Source of the DNA: Candidatus Foliamicus sp.
Lineage (GTDB): Bacteria > Pseudomonadota > Gammaproteobacteria > Steroidobacterales > Foliamicaceae
Direction: 5' to 3'
Assembly (NCBI GenBank): GCA_965206955.1
Contig: OZ242252.1
Coordinates: 3,187,394-3,251,393 of the forward strand
Length of the DNA: 64,000 bases
The notes under the pieces were generated by a model. It had not been told where the DNA came from. It ran no database searches and worked only from the letters and a program-made list of their open reading frames with translations. The position numbers and the translations under genes are program-made. Positions 17,016 through 25,913 of the stretch are shown one piece after another (position 1 is the first letter of the stretch; every line of letters begins with the position of its first letter).

Positions 17016-19208
17016 TCAGAACCGGCGTCGTATCGTAACGCCGAAGTGCCGGGGGTCGCCCTGCTGGCGAAATTCCTGCTCCGGCCAGTCGGGCGGCACA
17101 TTGGAGAAATAGAACCCGCGCACTGCGTAGTATTCATCAAGCAGATTGCGGACCCAGCCGAACGCTTCCCAGCCCTCCCAGGCCCGACCAGCACGCAGGT
17201 GGAGCAGTGTGTAGGGCTCAGACTTCCGGTCATGGCTGTTGGAAAAATAAAAGCCGTCCTTACCGGTGACCTCAGCGGCCGCGAACCAGCCCACGGGGTG
17301 CCGCCAGCGCGCTTCGAGCGCGTAGCCATAACCCGGCGCATGCGGCTGCTCGCGCCCCTCCAGTTCCCGACGGCTGGGGAAGCGCGTGATTTCGGTGTCC
17401 AGCAGTCCCAACGCAGCTCTGAGCCGCCACGCATCGCCGGGCGCGAACTCCAGGCTCAATTCCACTCCGCGATTGCGCCCGCGTCCGACGTTCTGGGTGA
17501 AGAAAACGAAGGTGTTGGGGTCCTCGGGATCGGCCTGCCGGGACGTATCCACCTGTACGTCATCGCGCTCGGAATGGAACACGGCCAGCTCGCCGCGCAG
17601 CCGCCCTTCCAGCCATAGTCCCTTGGCGCCCAGTTCGTAATTCCACAGGAATTCCGGGTCGTACAGAAGTTCGTCGCTGCTCAGGCCCTGGCCTCCAAGA
17701 CCCAGATTGAAACCACCCGCCTTGTAACCGCGCGCAATGCGGGCGTAGAGGCTTGCGTTGACGCCAACCGAGCGGGACAGGCTGACGTGTCCGCCAACCA
17801 TGTCATCCGTCGGCGCGAACCGTTCCCCGTTGGAATCGTCGTAATCGGCCTTGCGCCGTTCCCAGCGGAGTCCTGCCGTGATCTCCCAATCGTCCGCAAA
17901 GGAACTGGAAACTTCACCGAACAGCGCCAGACTGTCGGCGCCGAAACGGGAATCGAACCGGTCCTCGCTCGGGCCCGGCGCATAACCCGGCTCGGCGTAA
18001 AGGCCCCGGTCGGTGCGATCGTTATCCTCTTCCAGGTCCAGTAGCCACACGCCCAGCACATAAGCCAACGCGCCTTGGGCAGGCGACAGCAGGCGAAACT
18101 CCTGGCTCAGGCCGGTCCGTTCCCGCAAGGTGCGGGACGTATAGTCGTACTGCATTTCAAAGCCGGCGATATCCGACCAGTAGCCGTCTTCGCCCCAATC
18201 CGCATCGTAACTGTGCTCGATGTCGGAGGTTGCCCCGCCGGTAATACTCACCAGGCTGTGGCCGCCGGCCAGCTTGAGATCAGCGCGCAGCGACGCACCG
18301 GTAGACGCTTGCGAATCGCGCCCCGGCCGATCCGACCAGGTAGTCAGCCCATTATCAATCGACCATCCGTCGTAGCCGTTGCTGAGATCGATGTGCATTA
18401 CCGTCAGGCGCATTGCGAGTAAGGGCGCAGGTTCGAAGTTGAGCTTGGCCCGGAGACTTGACTCCTCGCGTGAGTTGGTGTCGTCGCGAGCCAGCGTTGC
18501 GTTGCGCCGAAAGCCGTTGGCTCGATATTGGTGCGCCGCCAGGCGCCCTGCAGTCGTTGCGCCCAGCGGGCCGCTCACGGCCAGGCCCGCCGCCCGCATG
18601 CCGTCATTTCCGACGGATAGTTCCGCTTCGGCTTCCGCTTCCCGGGTCGGCTCCCGCGAGCGCGCATAGATCAGCCCGGCCAGCGCATTGGCGCCGTAGC
18701 GGGCGCCTTGCGGTCCCCGCAAGACTTCGACGCTGCCCAGGTCGAAGCGGGTAGCGACACCGCCTATGGCCGAGAAATCGATGTCGTCCAGCAGGAATCC
18801 CACCGATGGATTCGGCGCGCCTTCATACTGCGATCGTTCGCCGATTCCGCGCACCTGGAAATAGCGTGCCCGCGACGATCCGCCGGACCAATGCAGATTG
18901 GGCGTTAGGTGCGCCAGTTCTTCAAAGTGCTGCACCGAGGAACGGCGAATCGTTTCAGCGTTCAGTACCGTGACGCTGGTGGGCAGATCCAGGCTGCTCG
19001 CCTCCTTGAGCGATGCCTTGACCACCAGCTCTTCGAGTACTCCGCCGGGCGCCTCCTCCCCGGATGATTGTCCGGATCGCGCCTCCGCCTGCTGCGAGGC
19101 GTAGACGGCAGCGATACGATGTGATGAATCAGCCGCCCACCCCACAGCCGGCGCCGTCCAGAGCGTGATTGCCGCGAAAAATAAGAAGGGCGAATTGAAG
19201 AGCCGCAT
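17016..19208 (-). CDS. TonB-dependent receptor (TPP-riboswitch regulated)
   Basis: Signal peptide MRLFNSPFLFFAAITLWTAPAVGWA. Plug motifs (VTVLNAETI, VEVLRGPQGARYG). C-terminal ...HFGVTIRRRF. Start at 19208 lies directly after the riboswitch-embedded GGAGGA. Confidence 0.9.
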   Translation of the reverse strand: MRLFNSPFLFFAAITLWTAPAVGWAADSSHRIAAVYASQQAEARSGQSSGEEAPGGVLEELVVKASLKEASSLDLPTSVTVLNAETIRRSSVQHFEELAHLTPNLHWSGGSSRARYFQVRGIGERSQYEGAPNPSVGFLLDDIDFSAIGGVATRFDLGSVEVLRGPQGARYGANALAGLIYARSREPTREAEAEAELSVGNDGMRAAGLAVSGPLGATTAGRLAAHQYRANGFRRNATLARDDTNSREESSLRAKLNFEPAPLLAMRLTVMHIDLSNGYDGWSIDNGLTTWSDRPGRDSQASTGASLRADLKLAGGHSLVSITGGATSDIEHSYDADWGEDGYWSDIAGFEMQYDYTSRTLRERTGLSQEFRLLSPAQGALAYVLGVWLLDLEEDNDRTDRGLYAEPGYAPGPSEDRFDSRFGADSLALFGEVSSSFADDWEITAGLRWERRKADYDDSNGERFAPTDDMVGGHVSLSRSVGVNASLYARIARGYKAGGFNLGLGGQGLSSDELLYDPEFLWNYELGAKGLWLEGRLRGELAVFHSERDDVQVDTSRQADPEDPNTFVFFTQNVGRGRNRGVELSLEFAPGDAWRLRAALGLLDTEITRFPSRRELEGREQPHAPGYGYALEARWRHPVGWFAAAEVTGKDGFYFSNSHDRKSEPYTLLHLRAGRAWEGWEAFGWVRNLLDEYYAVRGFYFSNVPPDWPEQEFRQQGDPRHFGVTIRRRF

Positions 19209-19300
19209 ACCTCGTTCCTCCGCCGGTACTAACCGGATCAGGTTCAAGGGGTCCCCTCTCTCGAAAGGGTCTCAGGCCGAAGAGCCGCCCCCCGGGTAGA
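19209..19300 (-). promoter_or_regulatory. TPP (THI-box) riboswitch
   Basis: Minus-strand RNA: GGGGGCGGCucuucGGCCUGAGAcccuuucgagagaggggACCCcUUGAACCUGAUCCGGUUAGUACCGGCGGAGGAAcgagguAUG. It carries the conserved CUGAGA, ACCC, ACCUGAUC-GG-UAAU-ACC-GCG-AGGA blocks, and the RBS is included in the 3' part. Confidence 0.85.
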
Positions 19301-19339
19301 CCCAGAGTATAGCCCTAAAGCGCATCCACTCCACATGTG

Positions 19340-19750
19340 TGGTGGCTCTGGCGCGTTCGGGACGCACGCCGGAGTCGCTGTCGTAAGAGTTCAAGCCCTC
19401 GGCGCAGTCGATTCGCAACTGGGTTGAGCAGTCGGACCGCGACGCTGGTTTGCGCGCCGACGGTCTGACCAGCGCCGAGCGCCAGGAGTTGCGTCGACTT
19501 CGGCGTGGCAACAGGCGCTTGCGCGTTGAGCGGGATATCTTGGCAAAAGCCGCGGCCTGGTTCGCGCGGGAGACCGATTCCGTGCCGAACAGCTCTTCGC
19601 ATTCTTAGAAAGCGAACCGGGCCTCATATCCGATTGCCACGCAGTGCCGGGTGCTGGGTGTCTCCCCGAGCGGTTACTACGCGTGGTGTGCTCGCCGGGG
19701 CCTCGCGGCGGTCGCAGGCGGATGAGCGCTTGTTGGGGCGTAGTCGGGGC
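19340..19750 (+). mobile_element. IS3-family transposase remnant (orfA end / orfB start, with stops and frameshifts)
   Basis: Plus-strand translation: EFKPSAQSIRNWVEQSDRDAGLRADGLTSAERQELRRLRRGNRRLRVERDILAKAAAWFARE, then YPIATQCRVLGVSPSGYYAW, interrupted by stops. No intact ORF and no inverted repeats seen. Confidence 0.6.
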
Positions 19751-19795
19751 GATCTATCAGTATCTGATATTATCCGACATATGGAGGGTTGCCGG

Positions 19796-20053
19796 ATGCC
19801 GAACGTACACCTTACCAAACCGATGCAAGCCTATGTCAAGGGCCGGATCAAGTCCGGCGCTTATGCCAATATGAGCGAAGTGGTGCGAGCAGGGATCCGG
19901 CTGCTGATGCAACGGGATGGGGCGCGCCAGTTCTACGCGATGAAGGCCGATCTTGAGCATGCCGCGCGTGATGCGGAGGCTGGCGCCTTTGACGACTTCG
20001 ACCCCCAAGCCTACGAGCCGGACGCCTACCGAATCATAGCTCCGACGGCATGA
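19796..20053 (+). CDS. parD: Type II antitoxin ParD family
   Basis: MPNVHLTKPMQAYVKGRIKSGAYANMSEVVRAGIRLL is a ParD/CC2985-type RHH. GGAGGG lies 8 nt upstream of the ATG at 19796. 4-nt overlap with parE. Confidence 0.8.
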   Translation: MPNVHLTKPMQAYVKGRIKSGAYANMSEVVRAGIRLLMQRDGARQFYAMKADLEHAARDAEAGAFDDFDPQAYEPDAYRIIAPTA

Positions 20054-20367
20054 CGATTAGACTGTCCCGCCTGGCTCAGCGGGACCTGGACGATATCCGA
20101 CGCTACACATTGGACACTTGGGGCCGCGAACAATGGCTGCAATACTATCGAGGTCTGGTCCGCGCTTTCGAAGGCATCATGGCCGATCCCGATGACGGAC
20201 GCGACCGCAGCCTGTTCGCGGCGAGCCTGCGCTCGGTTGACTACGAAAAGCACGTTATTTTCTTCGCGCGGGTCGCGGCAGCCGACAACGCACCGGTGAT
20301 CCTGCGGATTGTCCATCAACGCCGCAACATGCCTGCATTGATCTATTTCGAGGCGCTGGGCGGCTGA
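20050..20367 (+). CDS. parE: Type II toxin ParE/RelE family
   Basis: LSRLAQRDLDDIRRYTLDTWGREQ...HVIFFARV...VILRIVHQRRN is the ParE pattern. Confidence 0.85.
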   Translation: MTIRLSRLAQRDLDDIRRYTLDTWGREQWLQYYRGLVRAFEGIMADPDDGRDRSLFAASLRSVDYEKHVIFFARVAAADNAPVILRIVHQRRNMPALIYFEALGG

Positions 20368-20551
20368 TACCGCCGCGTCCGGCCTCAAACCCTCAAACGC
20401 AACATGCGCGCAATTCTGGCTGCAACCGGCAGGTATGTTCGCTTTCAAACAGTCCCTCCGTTTGACACTTTGAGCGCCGGCTGGCTATATGGGTGTTTGG
20501 AGGGAGCGGCACACCACGGCCGTACCATGGAATTCGTAAAGGAGGACGAGA

Positions 20552-20863
20552 ATGGAAGCAGCGGAATTGGGCACACTCCCGACCGTACGGCAACTGGAAG
20601 AGGCGGGCTTTCAACCCGAACAGGCGGACATGCTGGCAAGCGCGTTTGATCAAATCGCAGGATTCAACCGGGAAATCGGCAAGGATCTGTGGGACATTAA
20701 GGATTACGTCAAGACCCACACAGCTACCAGGAGCGACATCGCGGAGTTGCGGGCCGATATGGCAGAAATGAAGGCGGACATGTTTCGCGCGCTGTGGCTT
20801 CAGGGCGGGGCGCTTGCGGCGCTCATTCTGACGCTGGCGGGATTCCTTCTGACCCGTTCCTGA
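20552..20863 (+). CDS. DUF1640-like coiled-coil protein with C-terminal TM anchor
   Basis: AAGGAGG RBS. LEEAGFQPEQADMLASAF...DIAELRADMAEMKADMFRALWLQGGALAALILTLAGFLL. Confidence 0.6.
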   Translation: MEAAELGTLPTVRQLEEAGFQPEQADMLASAFDQIAGFNREIGKDLWDIKDYVKTHTATRSDIAELRADMAEMKADMFRALWLQGGALAALILTLAGFLLTRS

Positions 20864-20924
20864 CTTCTCCACTCAGGCGCCGGCGGTTGGAGGATAATTG
20901 CCGCCGAATGAACGGAGGCGGTTT

Positions 20925-21806
20925 ATGACCGAACCCAAACACGATTACGGCGCGATCGACGCGGTCGTCAATATCTGGACCCCGGAGGCCCTGTCCCATC
21001 GCCCCGGCTGGCAGGGCGACTTCTTCGTCGGCAAGATGAAGGCCGAGAGTCCGCTGATGCGCGGCTTGTCACTGGAGGAAATGATCGAGCGGCTGGATGC
21101 CGCCGGCATCGAGCGGGCTTTCCTGATCGCGCCGCGCACCGGACAGGTGGGCTTGCCCGGCTGCTACCACCTCCCGTACGAGGTCGTAGCCCGAGCCTGC
21201 GAAAAATACCCCGACCGCTTTAGCGGGCTGGCCGGCATCGACCCCACCCAGGGCATGAAAGGCGTGGCCATGTTTGAAGAGGCAGTGAAGAACATGGGCT
21301 TTGTCGGCGCCCACCTCTACCCGCACTGGTTCGAGCTGGCGCCGGATCACGCCCGTTACTACCCCTTCTACGCCAAGTGCTGCGAACTGAATGTTCCGAT
21401 ACAAATGCAGGTCGGTCAGTCAATGATTTACGCCAAGGATGCGCCGCGACGCAGCGTCGGACGCCCGATAACGCTTGACTCGGTGGCCTGCGACTTCCCC
21501 GAGCTGAAGCTGATCGGCATTCACGTGGGCATTCCCTGGCACGAGGAGATGATCGCCATGTCGTGGAAGCACGACAACGTGTTCATCGGCTGTGACGCGC
21601 ACCGTCCCAAGTACTGGCCGGACAGCTTCCGCCACTACATCAATTCATTCGGGCAGGACAAGGTTATCTTCGGCACCGATTTCCCGGTGCTGGATTTCGA
21701 GCGCACGGTCAACGACATTGACGCCCTGGAACTCCGCCCGCAAGCGCGCCGCAAGCTGATGCGCGACAACGTTATCAGGATTTACGGACTCGATCCAACT
21801 GAATGA
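20925..21806 (+). CDS. Amidohydrolase-2 family protein (ACMSD-like metal-dependent hydrolase/decarboxylase)
   Basis: IDAVVNIW..., HLYPHW, IGIHVGIPW, FGTDFPV motifs. GGAGG RBS before the ATG at 20925. Confidence 0.8.
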   Translation: MTEPKHDYGAIDAVVNIWTPEALSHRPGWQGDFFVGKMKAESPLMRGLSLEEMIERLDAAGIERAFLIAPRTGQVGLPGCYHLPYEVVARACEKYPDRFSGLAGIDPTQGMKGVAMFEEAVKNMGFVGAHLYPHWFELAPDHARYYPFYAKCCELNVPIQMQVGQSMIYAKDAPRRSVGRPITLDSVACDFPELKLIGIHVGIPWHEEMIAMSWKHDNVFIGCDAHRPKYWPDSFRHYINSFGQDKVIFGTDFPVLDFERTVNDIDALELRPQARRKLMRDNVIRIYGLDPTE

Positions 21807-21845
21807 TCTTCGCCTAACTCCTGTTATGTTGCAGCTATTATGGTG

Positions 21846-23183
21846 CTATCTCCCTTCATTTTCGCCTATCCTGGGAACGAGGGCATCCTGCCCTCGACCA
21901 AGCATCCGCGACTGAAGCCACCCCCGCGCCGGTCCGGCGGTATTGAACGACCCGGTAACCACCACGCGAAACTCCACGCCAGCCAACTCAGCGGCCCGCC
22001 CGCAAGCCTCGGCCACCGATTCACACCGCCGCAGTCCTGCATACGGCCGTGCCCTGACTGCCTGCGCCAGCTCTTCGGGGGAACACGCCTTCGGCCCGTC
22101 GGCCCGCGTAACGATGACCTGGTCATTCGCATCGAGCGGCAAAACATTCACGAACCCCGCAATGTCCTTGCCCTCGTGCATTCCCAGTACCCAGATTGCC
22201 GGGCGCGGCGACAGCGCTCGCAAGCTCTTCGCCAGACAGGCCCCGGCATCGGGATTGTGCGCCACATCCAGTACCCATTCCGCGCCGGCGAACTCCATGC
22301 GCTCGAACCGCCCGGGCAAGCGTCCGGCTCGCAGGATCGCCGCGTAGTCGCTGCGATCCGGGACCCAATCCGGATTGAGGCGTTCCAACGCGGCCAGCGC
22401 CAGACTGGCATTGGGCAGTTCGGCAGCATTGGCTGGATCGCCCACGGGCAGCCCGCTGCGGTGAATCCTTGTCCCCTTCCAGTCCCAACGGTCATCTCGG
22501 CGCTCGAAATCGAAGTCCACGCCCGCCTGCAACAGCGGTGCGTCAAGCTCCATGGCGCGCACGGCAATCGGCGCCGGCGCCATGCCTGCTCCGTAGAGTG
22601 CCGGACGTCCGGCACGCAGGATTCCGGCCTTCTCGGCCGCCACCGAGTCCAGCGTGTCGCCAAGCCAGTCCTGGTGATCCAGCGCGATCCGCGTGATCAC
22701 GCTTACGTCGGGATCGATCGCATTCACTGCGTCCAGCCTTCCCCCCAGCCCCACCTCCAGCACCCAGGCCTCGCAGCGCGCACGGCTGAACAGGCCAAAG
22801 CACGCCAGGGTGACGAACTCGAACTCGGTGAGCCGGATATCGCCGCGCGCCGCCTCGACTCGCTCAAACTCGCGGCACAAGCTGTCAGGCTCGGCATGAA
22901 CACCGTCGATCTGCGCGCGCTCCCCGAAGTCTTGCAGGTACGGTGACAGGTACACCGCTGTACGCAGCCCCGCCCTCAAGCGTAGCGTCGCGGCGATCAG
23001 CCCCGCGGTACTGCCTTTGCCGTTGGTGCCCGCTACGGTCACCACCCGCCCCGCCGGCGGCCGCAAATCCAGCCTGCCGATGACTTGCGCGATCCGCTCA
23101 AGGCCCAGGTCGATCTCGCTCGGGTGCAGCCGGGCCACATGGCTCAGCCATTCATCGAGGCGCTGCGGATTGCCGGACTTCAT
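21846..23183 (-). CDS. folC: Bifunctional folylpolyglutamate synthase/dihydrofolate synthase
   Basis: From the ATG at 23183: MKSGNPQRLDEWLSHVARLHPSEIDLGLERI...VAGTNGKGST. The last ~20 codons are read from a REP copy. Confidence 0.9.
   Translation of the reverse strand: MKSGNPQRLDEWLSHVARLHPSEIDLGLERIAQVIGRLDLRPPAGRVVTVAGTNGKGSTAGLIAATLRLRAGLRTAVYLSPYLQDFGERAQIDGVHAEPDSLCREFERVEAARGDIRLTEFEFVTLACFGLFSRARCEAWVLEVGLGGRLDAVNAIDPDVSVITRIALDHQDWLGDTLDSVAAEKAGILRAGRPALYGAGMAPAPIAVRAMELDAPLLQAGVDFDFERRDDRWDWKGTRIHRSGLPVGDPANAAELPNASLALAALERLNPDWVPDRSDYAAILRAGRLPGRFERMEFAGAEWVLDVAHNPDAGACLAKSLRALSPRPAIWVLGMHEGKDIAGFVNVLPLDANDQVIVTRADGPKACSPEELAQAVRARPYAGLRRCESVAEACGRAAELAGVEFRVVVTGSFNTAGPARGWLQSRMLGRGQDALVPRIGENEGR
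21873..21897. repeat. REP-like half element overlapping the folC 3' end (family copy 4)
   Basis: gggaacgagggcatcctgccctcga. Confidence 0.8.
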
Positions 23184-23197
23184 GGCGGCGATTGTAT

Positions 23198-23286
23198 GGG
23201 GAGGGCGCCCCTGGGAGGGAGGGCATCCTGCCCTCCTCGAGGACTGGAAGTCCTCGTTCCCGGGGGAGGGCATCCTGCCCTCCTCT
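23198..23286. repeat. REP-like element cluster in the divergent folC/prx promoter region (family copy 5)
   Basis: ggagggcatcctgccctcc (twice) flanks gaggactggaagtcctcgttccc. Variant stems keep their complementarity. Confidence 0.8.
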
Positions 23287-23347
23287 CGTAGCCGGGAATT
23301 GAATCGGGAACCCCTTTACAATGCTGCCACCTGATTGGAGAAACGAT

Positions 23348-23983
23348 ATGCGCACGAGACCATCCCACGCCCTACCAGGCCTTTGCATCACGTTCTTGCT
23401 TTTGACGACAGCAGCGCGCGCCGAAATCGCCCCCAGCGCCGAACAAACCAAGCCGCTGGCCGCAGGCGTTGAGGCACCCGCATTCACCGTCCGCAACGCC
23501 GACGGCAGCGACTTCGCCTTCGATCCCGCTGCGCTTGAGCGCCCGGCCATGCTGATCTTCTATCGCGGCGGCTGGTGTCCCTACTGCAACCGGCACCTGG
23601 CGGAATTGCGCCACGTCGTTCCGGAACTGGAGAAACGCGGCATGGATGTGTATTTCCTGAGCGCCGACAGCCCGGACAACCTGGCATCCGCCCTTCACAG
23701 CGAAGCGGAAGGCCTGGACTACACCCTGCTGTCTGACGCCAGACTCAGCGCCGCCGAAGCTTTCGGCCTCGCATTCCGCATGTCCGACGATTACTACCAA
23801 AGGTCCAAGGAATACGGCCTGGACATGGAAGAGGCATCGGGAGAAACGCACCACGCGCTACCGATACCCGCCGCCTACCTGATCGACACCAAAGGCGTAA
23901 TCCGCTTCGCCCACGCCAACCCCAACTACACCCAACGTATCAGCGCCGACGAACTCCGCGCCGGCGTGGACGCCCTGCTCTGA
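23348..23983 (+). CDS. Secreted peroxiredoxin-like (AhpC/TSA family) protein
   Basis: Signal peptide ...LCITFLLLTTAARA, then MLIFYRGGWCPYCNRHL thioredoxin-fold motif. Confidence 0.8.
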   Translation: MRTRPSHALPGLCITFLLLTTAARAEIAPSAEQTKPLAAGVEAPAFTVRNADGSDFAFDPAALERPAMLIFYRGGWCPYCNRHLAELRHVVPELEKRGMDVYFLSADSPDNLASALHSEAEGLDYTLLSDARLSAAEAFGLAFRMSDDYYQRSKEYGLDMEEASGETHHALPIPAAYLIDTKGVIRFAHANPNYTQRISADELRAGVDALL

Positions 23984-24039
23984 CCCGCAACGACATACCA
24001 AGGGCCAGTTCTTCCAGTCACTAAGATGCTGGAATATCC

Positions 24040-24892
24040 ATGAGCACCGCACCGCCAATACCCGTTGTCGTGGATGTCGAGACTACCGGATTCGGGTCAC
24101 AAGACCGGATCGTAGAGATTGCCGCCATCACCCTCGACCCTTTGAGTTGGGAAATCGTCGATGAATACGACACACTGATCAACCCCCAGCGAGATGTCGG
24201 ACCGACAGGCGTGCATGGCATCACGGCCTCAATGGTCGAAGCCGCGCCGACTTTCGCGGACATCCTCGCGGATATAGCCCGGCGCCTGCAAGGCATGGTG
24301 CTTGTCGCTCACAATCTGCCTTTTGACGCGAGAATGCTGCGGTACGAGTTTGCACGCTGCGGTATCGCCATCGACGCAGGAGCTTGACTGGGTGCTCGAC
24401 GATGGCGTGATTGACGCCTATGAACACTCCGAAATCAAACGGCTGGCGCGCGACCTGGGCATCACCGAGGAAGAGCGCAAGAATGCGCACCAAGCCTATT
24501 TGGATTGCATCATCACGACTGCCCAGCGCGACGACATCATCAGCGCCGCCGAGCATGAGTTGATTGTGCGAATTGCCAGCCAACTAGAAATCCGGGACGC
24601 TGCGATACCCCAAATGACGATCGCGCCAGCGATGAGCAGTATTCCACCCGGCAGCCGCATCTGTTTTACTGGGTCCGTCATTGTTCATGGCGAGGAAGTA
24701 ACGCGAAGCCTCCTTGAGGCGCTCGCGGAAGGCGCAGGCTTCCAACCCGTCCGAAGCGTCACAAAGTCGCGTTGCGATCTTCTTGTCGCGGCCGACACGA
24801 GCACCTCATCAAGCAAGGCGCGCAATGCCCGGAAATGGAACATCCCTATTCTCTCTACGAGCGACTTCCTTGCGCGATGCGGCAACCGGTAG
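24040..24892 (+). pseudogene. DEDDh 3'-5' exonuclease / TerB-like / BRCT protein, disrupted
   Basis: ExoI VVDVETTG and ExoII LVAHNLPFDARML are present. A stop falls at 24385-24387 before any ExoIII motif. The reading continues in another frame (ORF 24302-24892) with DGVIDAYEHSEIKRLARDLG and a C-terminal BRCT-like FTGSV...LLVAAD...KARNARKWNIPILS. Confidence 0.6.
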
Positions 24893-24968
24893 CCTGGGTC
24901 CGCGTCACGCGCTGGCTGCGGCACTGGACTTCTCTTGAGCTATCGATTTCCGCCGGGAGGTTGTTTCA

Positions 24969-25646
24969 ATGAGCGATAAGACTTCGGCCCGGCCCGTGAC
25001 GGGCGCACAAATCATCGTGGAGACCCTGTACGCGCTGCTGGCGCTCGCTTCAATCGTCCTGTTTGGGCTGCGTCAGATATCGCTGCTTGGTCCCGCGTTT
25101 CAAAATCTTGCGCAGTTGACGGACTATATCGTTTGCGTCCTGTTTGCATCGAAGGCCGTATGGGACCTCTGGCGGGCTCCGGACAAGCTCCATTGGTTGA
25201 AGTGGGGTTGGGCTGATTTTGCAGCTTCGATCCCGGAGGTTGAATTTCTTCGAGTACTGCGCGGACTGCGCCTCTTGCTGATAATCCGTGTCATGCGCAG
25301 CACAACTCGCAGCGTCCACAGTATCGTCAGCTACTTCAATGTCGGGCGCGCCAGAGCCGTTGTTGCGACGGTGTTCTCACTCATCATTGTCTCGCTGGTG
25401 ATGAGCAGCTTCTTGATTCTGGGCGTAGAGAGCACGCACCCGGACTCCAACATCCTCACTGCCGAAAGCGCCATGATGTGGTCTGTCGCAACATTATTTG
25501 GGGCAGAGCCCTCCGGTTTTGGCGATCATTTCCCGGTCACTGTGGCGGGCCGATTGGTTGCGGTATGGCTGGTTGTGGTCTCACTCGGGTTGATCGGCTC
25601 GCTGGCCGGAGTGATCTCGGCGTGGATTGAGCAGGAGCCCGACTAA
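24969..25646 (+). CDS. Ion transport protein (voltage-gated-like 6TM channel, compact)
   Basis: S4-like LRVLRGLRLLLIIRVMRS. Pore region MMWSVATLFGAEPSGFGD, then S6 VAGRLVAVWLVVVSLGLIGSLAGV. Confidence 0.75.
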   Translation: MSDKTSARPVTGAQIIVETLYALLALASIVLFGLRQISLLGPAFQNLAQLTDYIVCVLFASKAVWDLWRAPDKLHWLKWGWADFAASIPEVEFLRVLRGLRLLLIIRVMRSTTRSVHSIVSYFNVGRARAVVATVFSLIIVSLVMSSFLILGVESTHPDSNILTAESAMMWSVATLFGAEPSGFGDHFPVTVAGRLVAVWLVVVSLGLIGSLAGVISAWIEQEPD

Positions 25647-25819
25647 ACGAAGAGTTGTTTCAAGCCTTTACACCCGCGCGCACGACTTCGGCGTACGGCG
25701 CTCGCAACCGGGCCTTTGATGCAATTTCGAAAAATGTTGATACTCCTTGCACAAAAATTCTTCAAGTAAAGCTGCGGAATCAAACGTGCCGGAGTGCATT
25801 GCGGTCAAGCCTTCTGCCA

Positions 25820-25858
25820 CGAGGGCAAGATGCCCTCACTCCCAGGCGGGGCTGGGAG
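25820..25858. repeat. REP-like half element (family copy 6)
   Basis: cgagggcaagatgccctcactcccagg. Confidence 0.7.
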
Positions 25859-25913
25859 TTTTTCGTGCAGGTCATCGCATGCTGCATCGGCTGGGCGACG
25901 GCAGACGAGCGGA

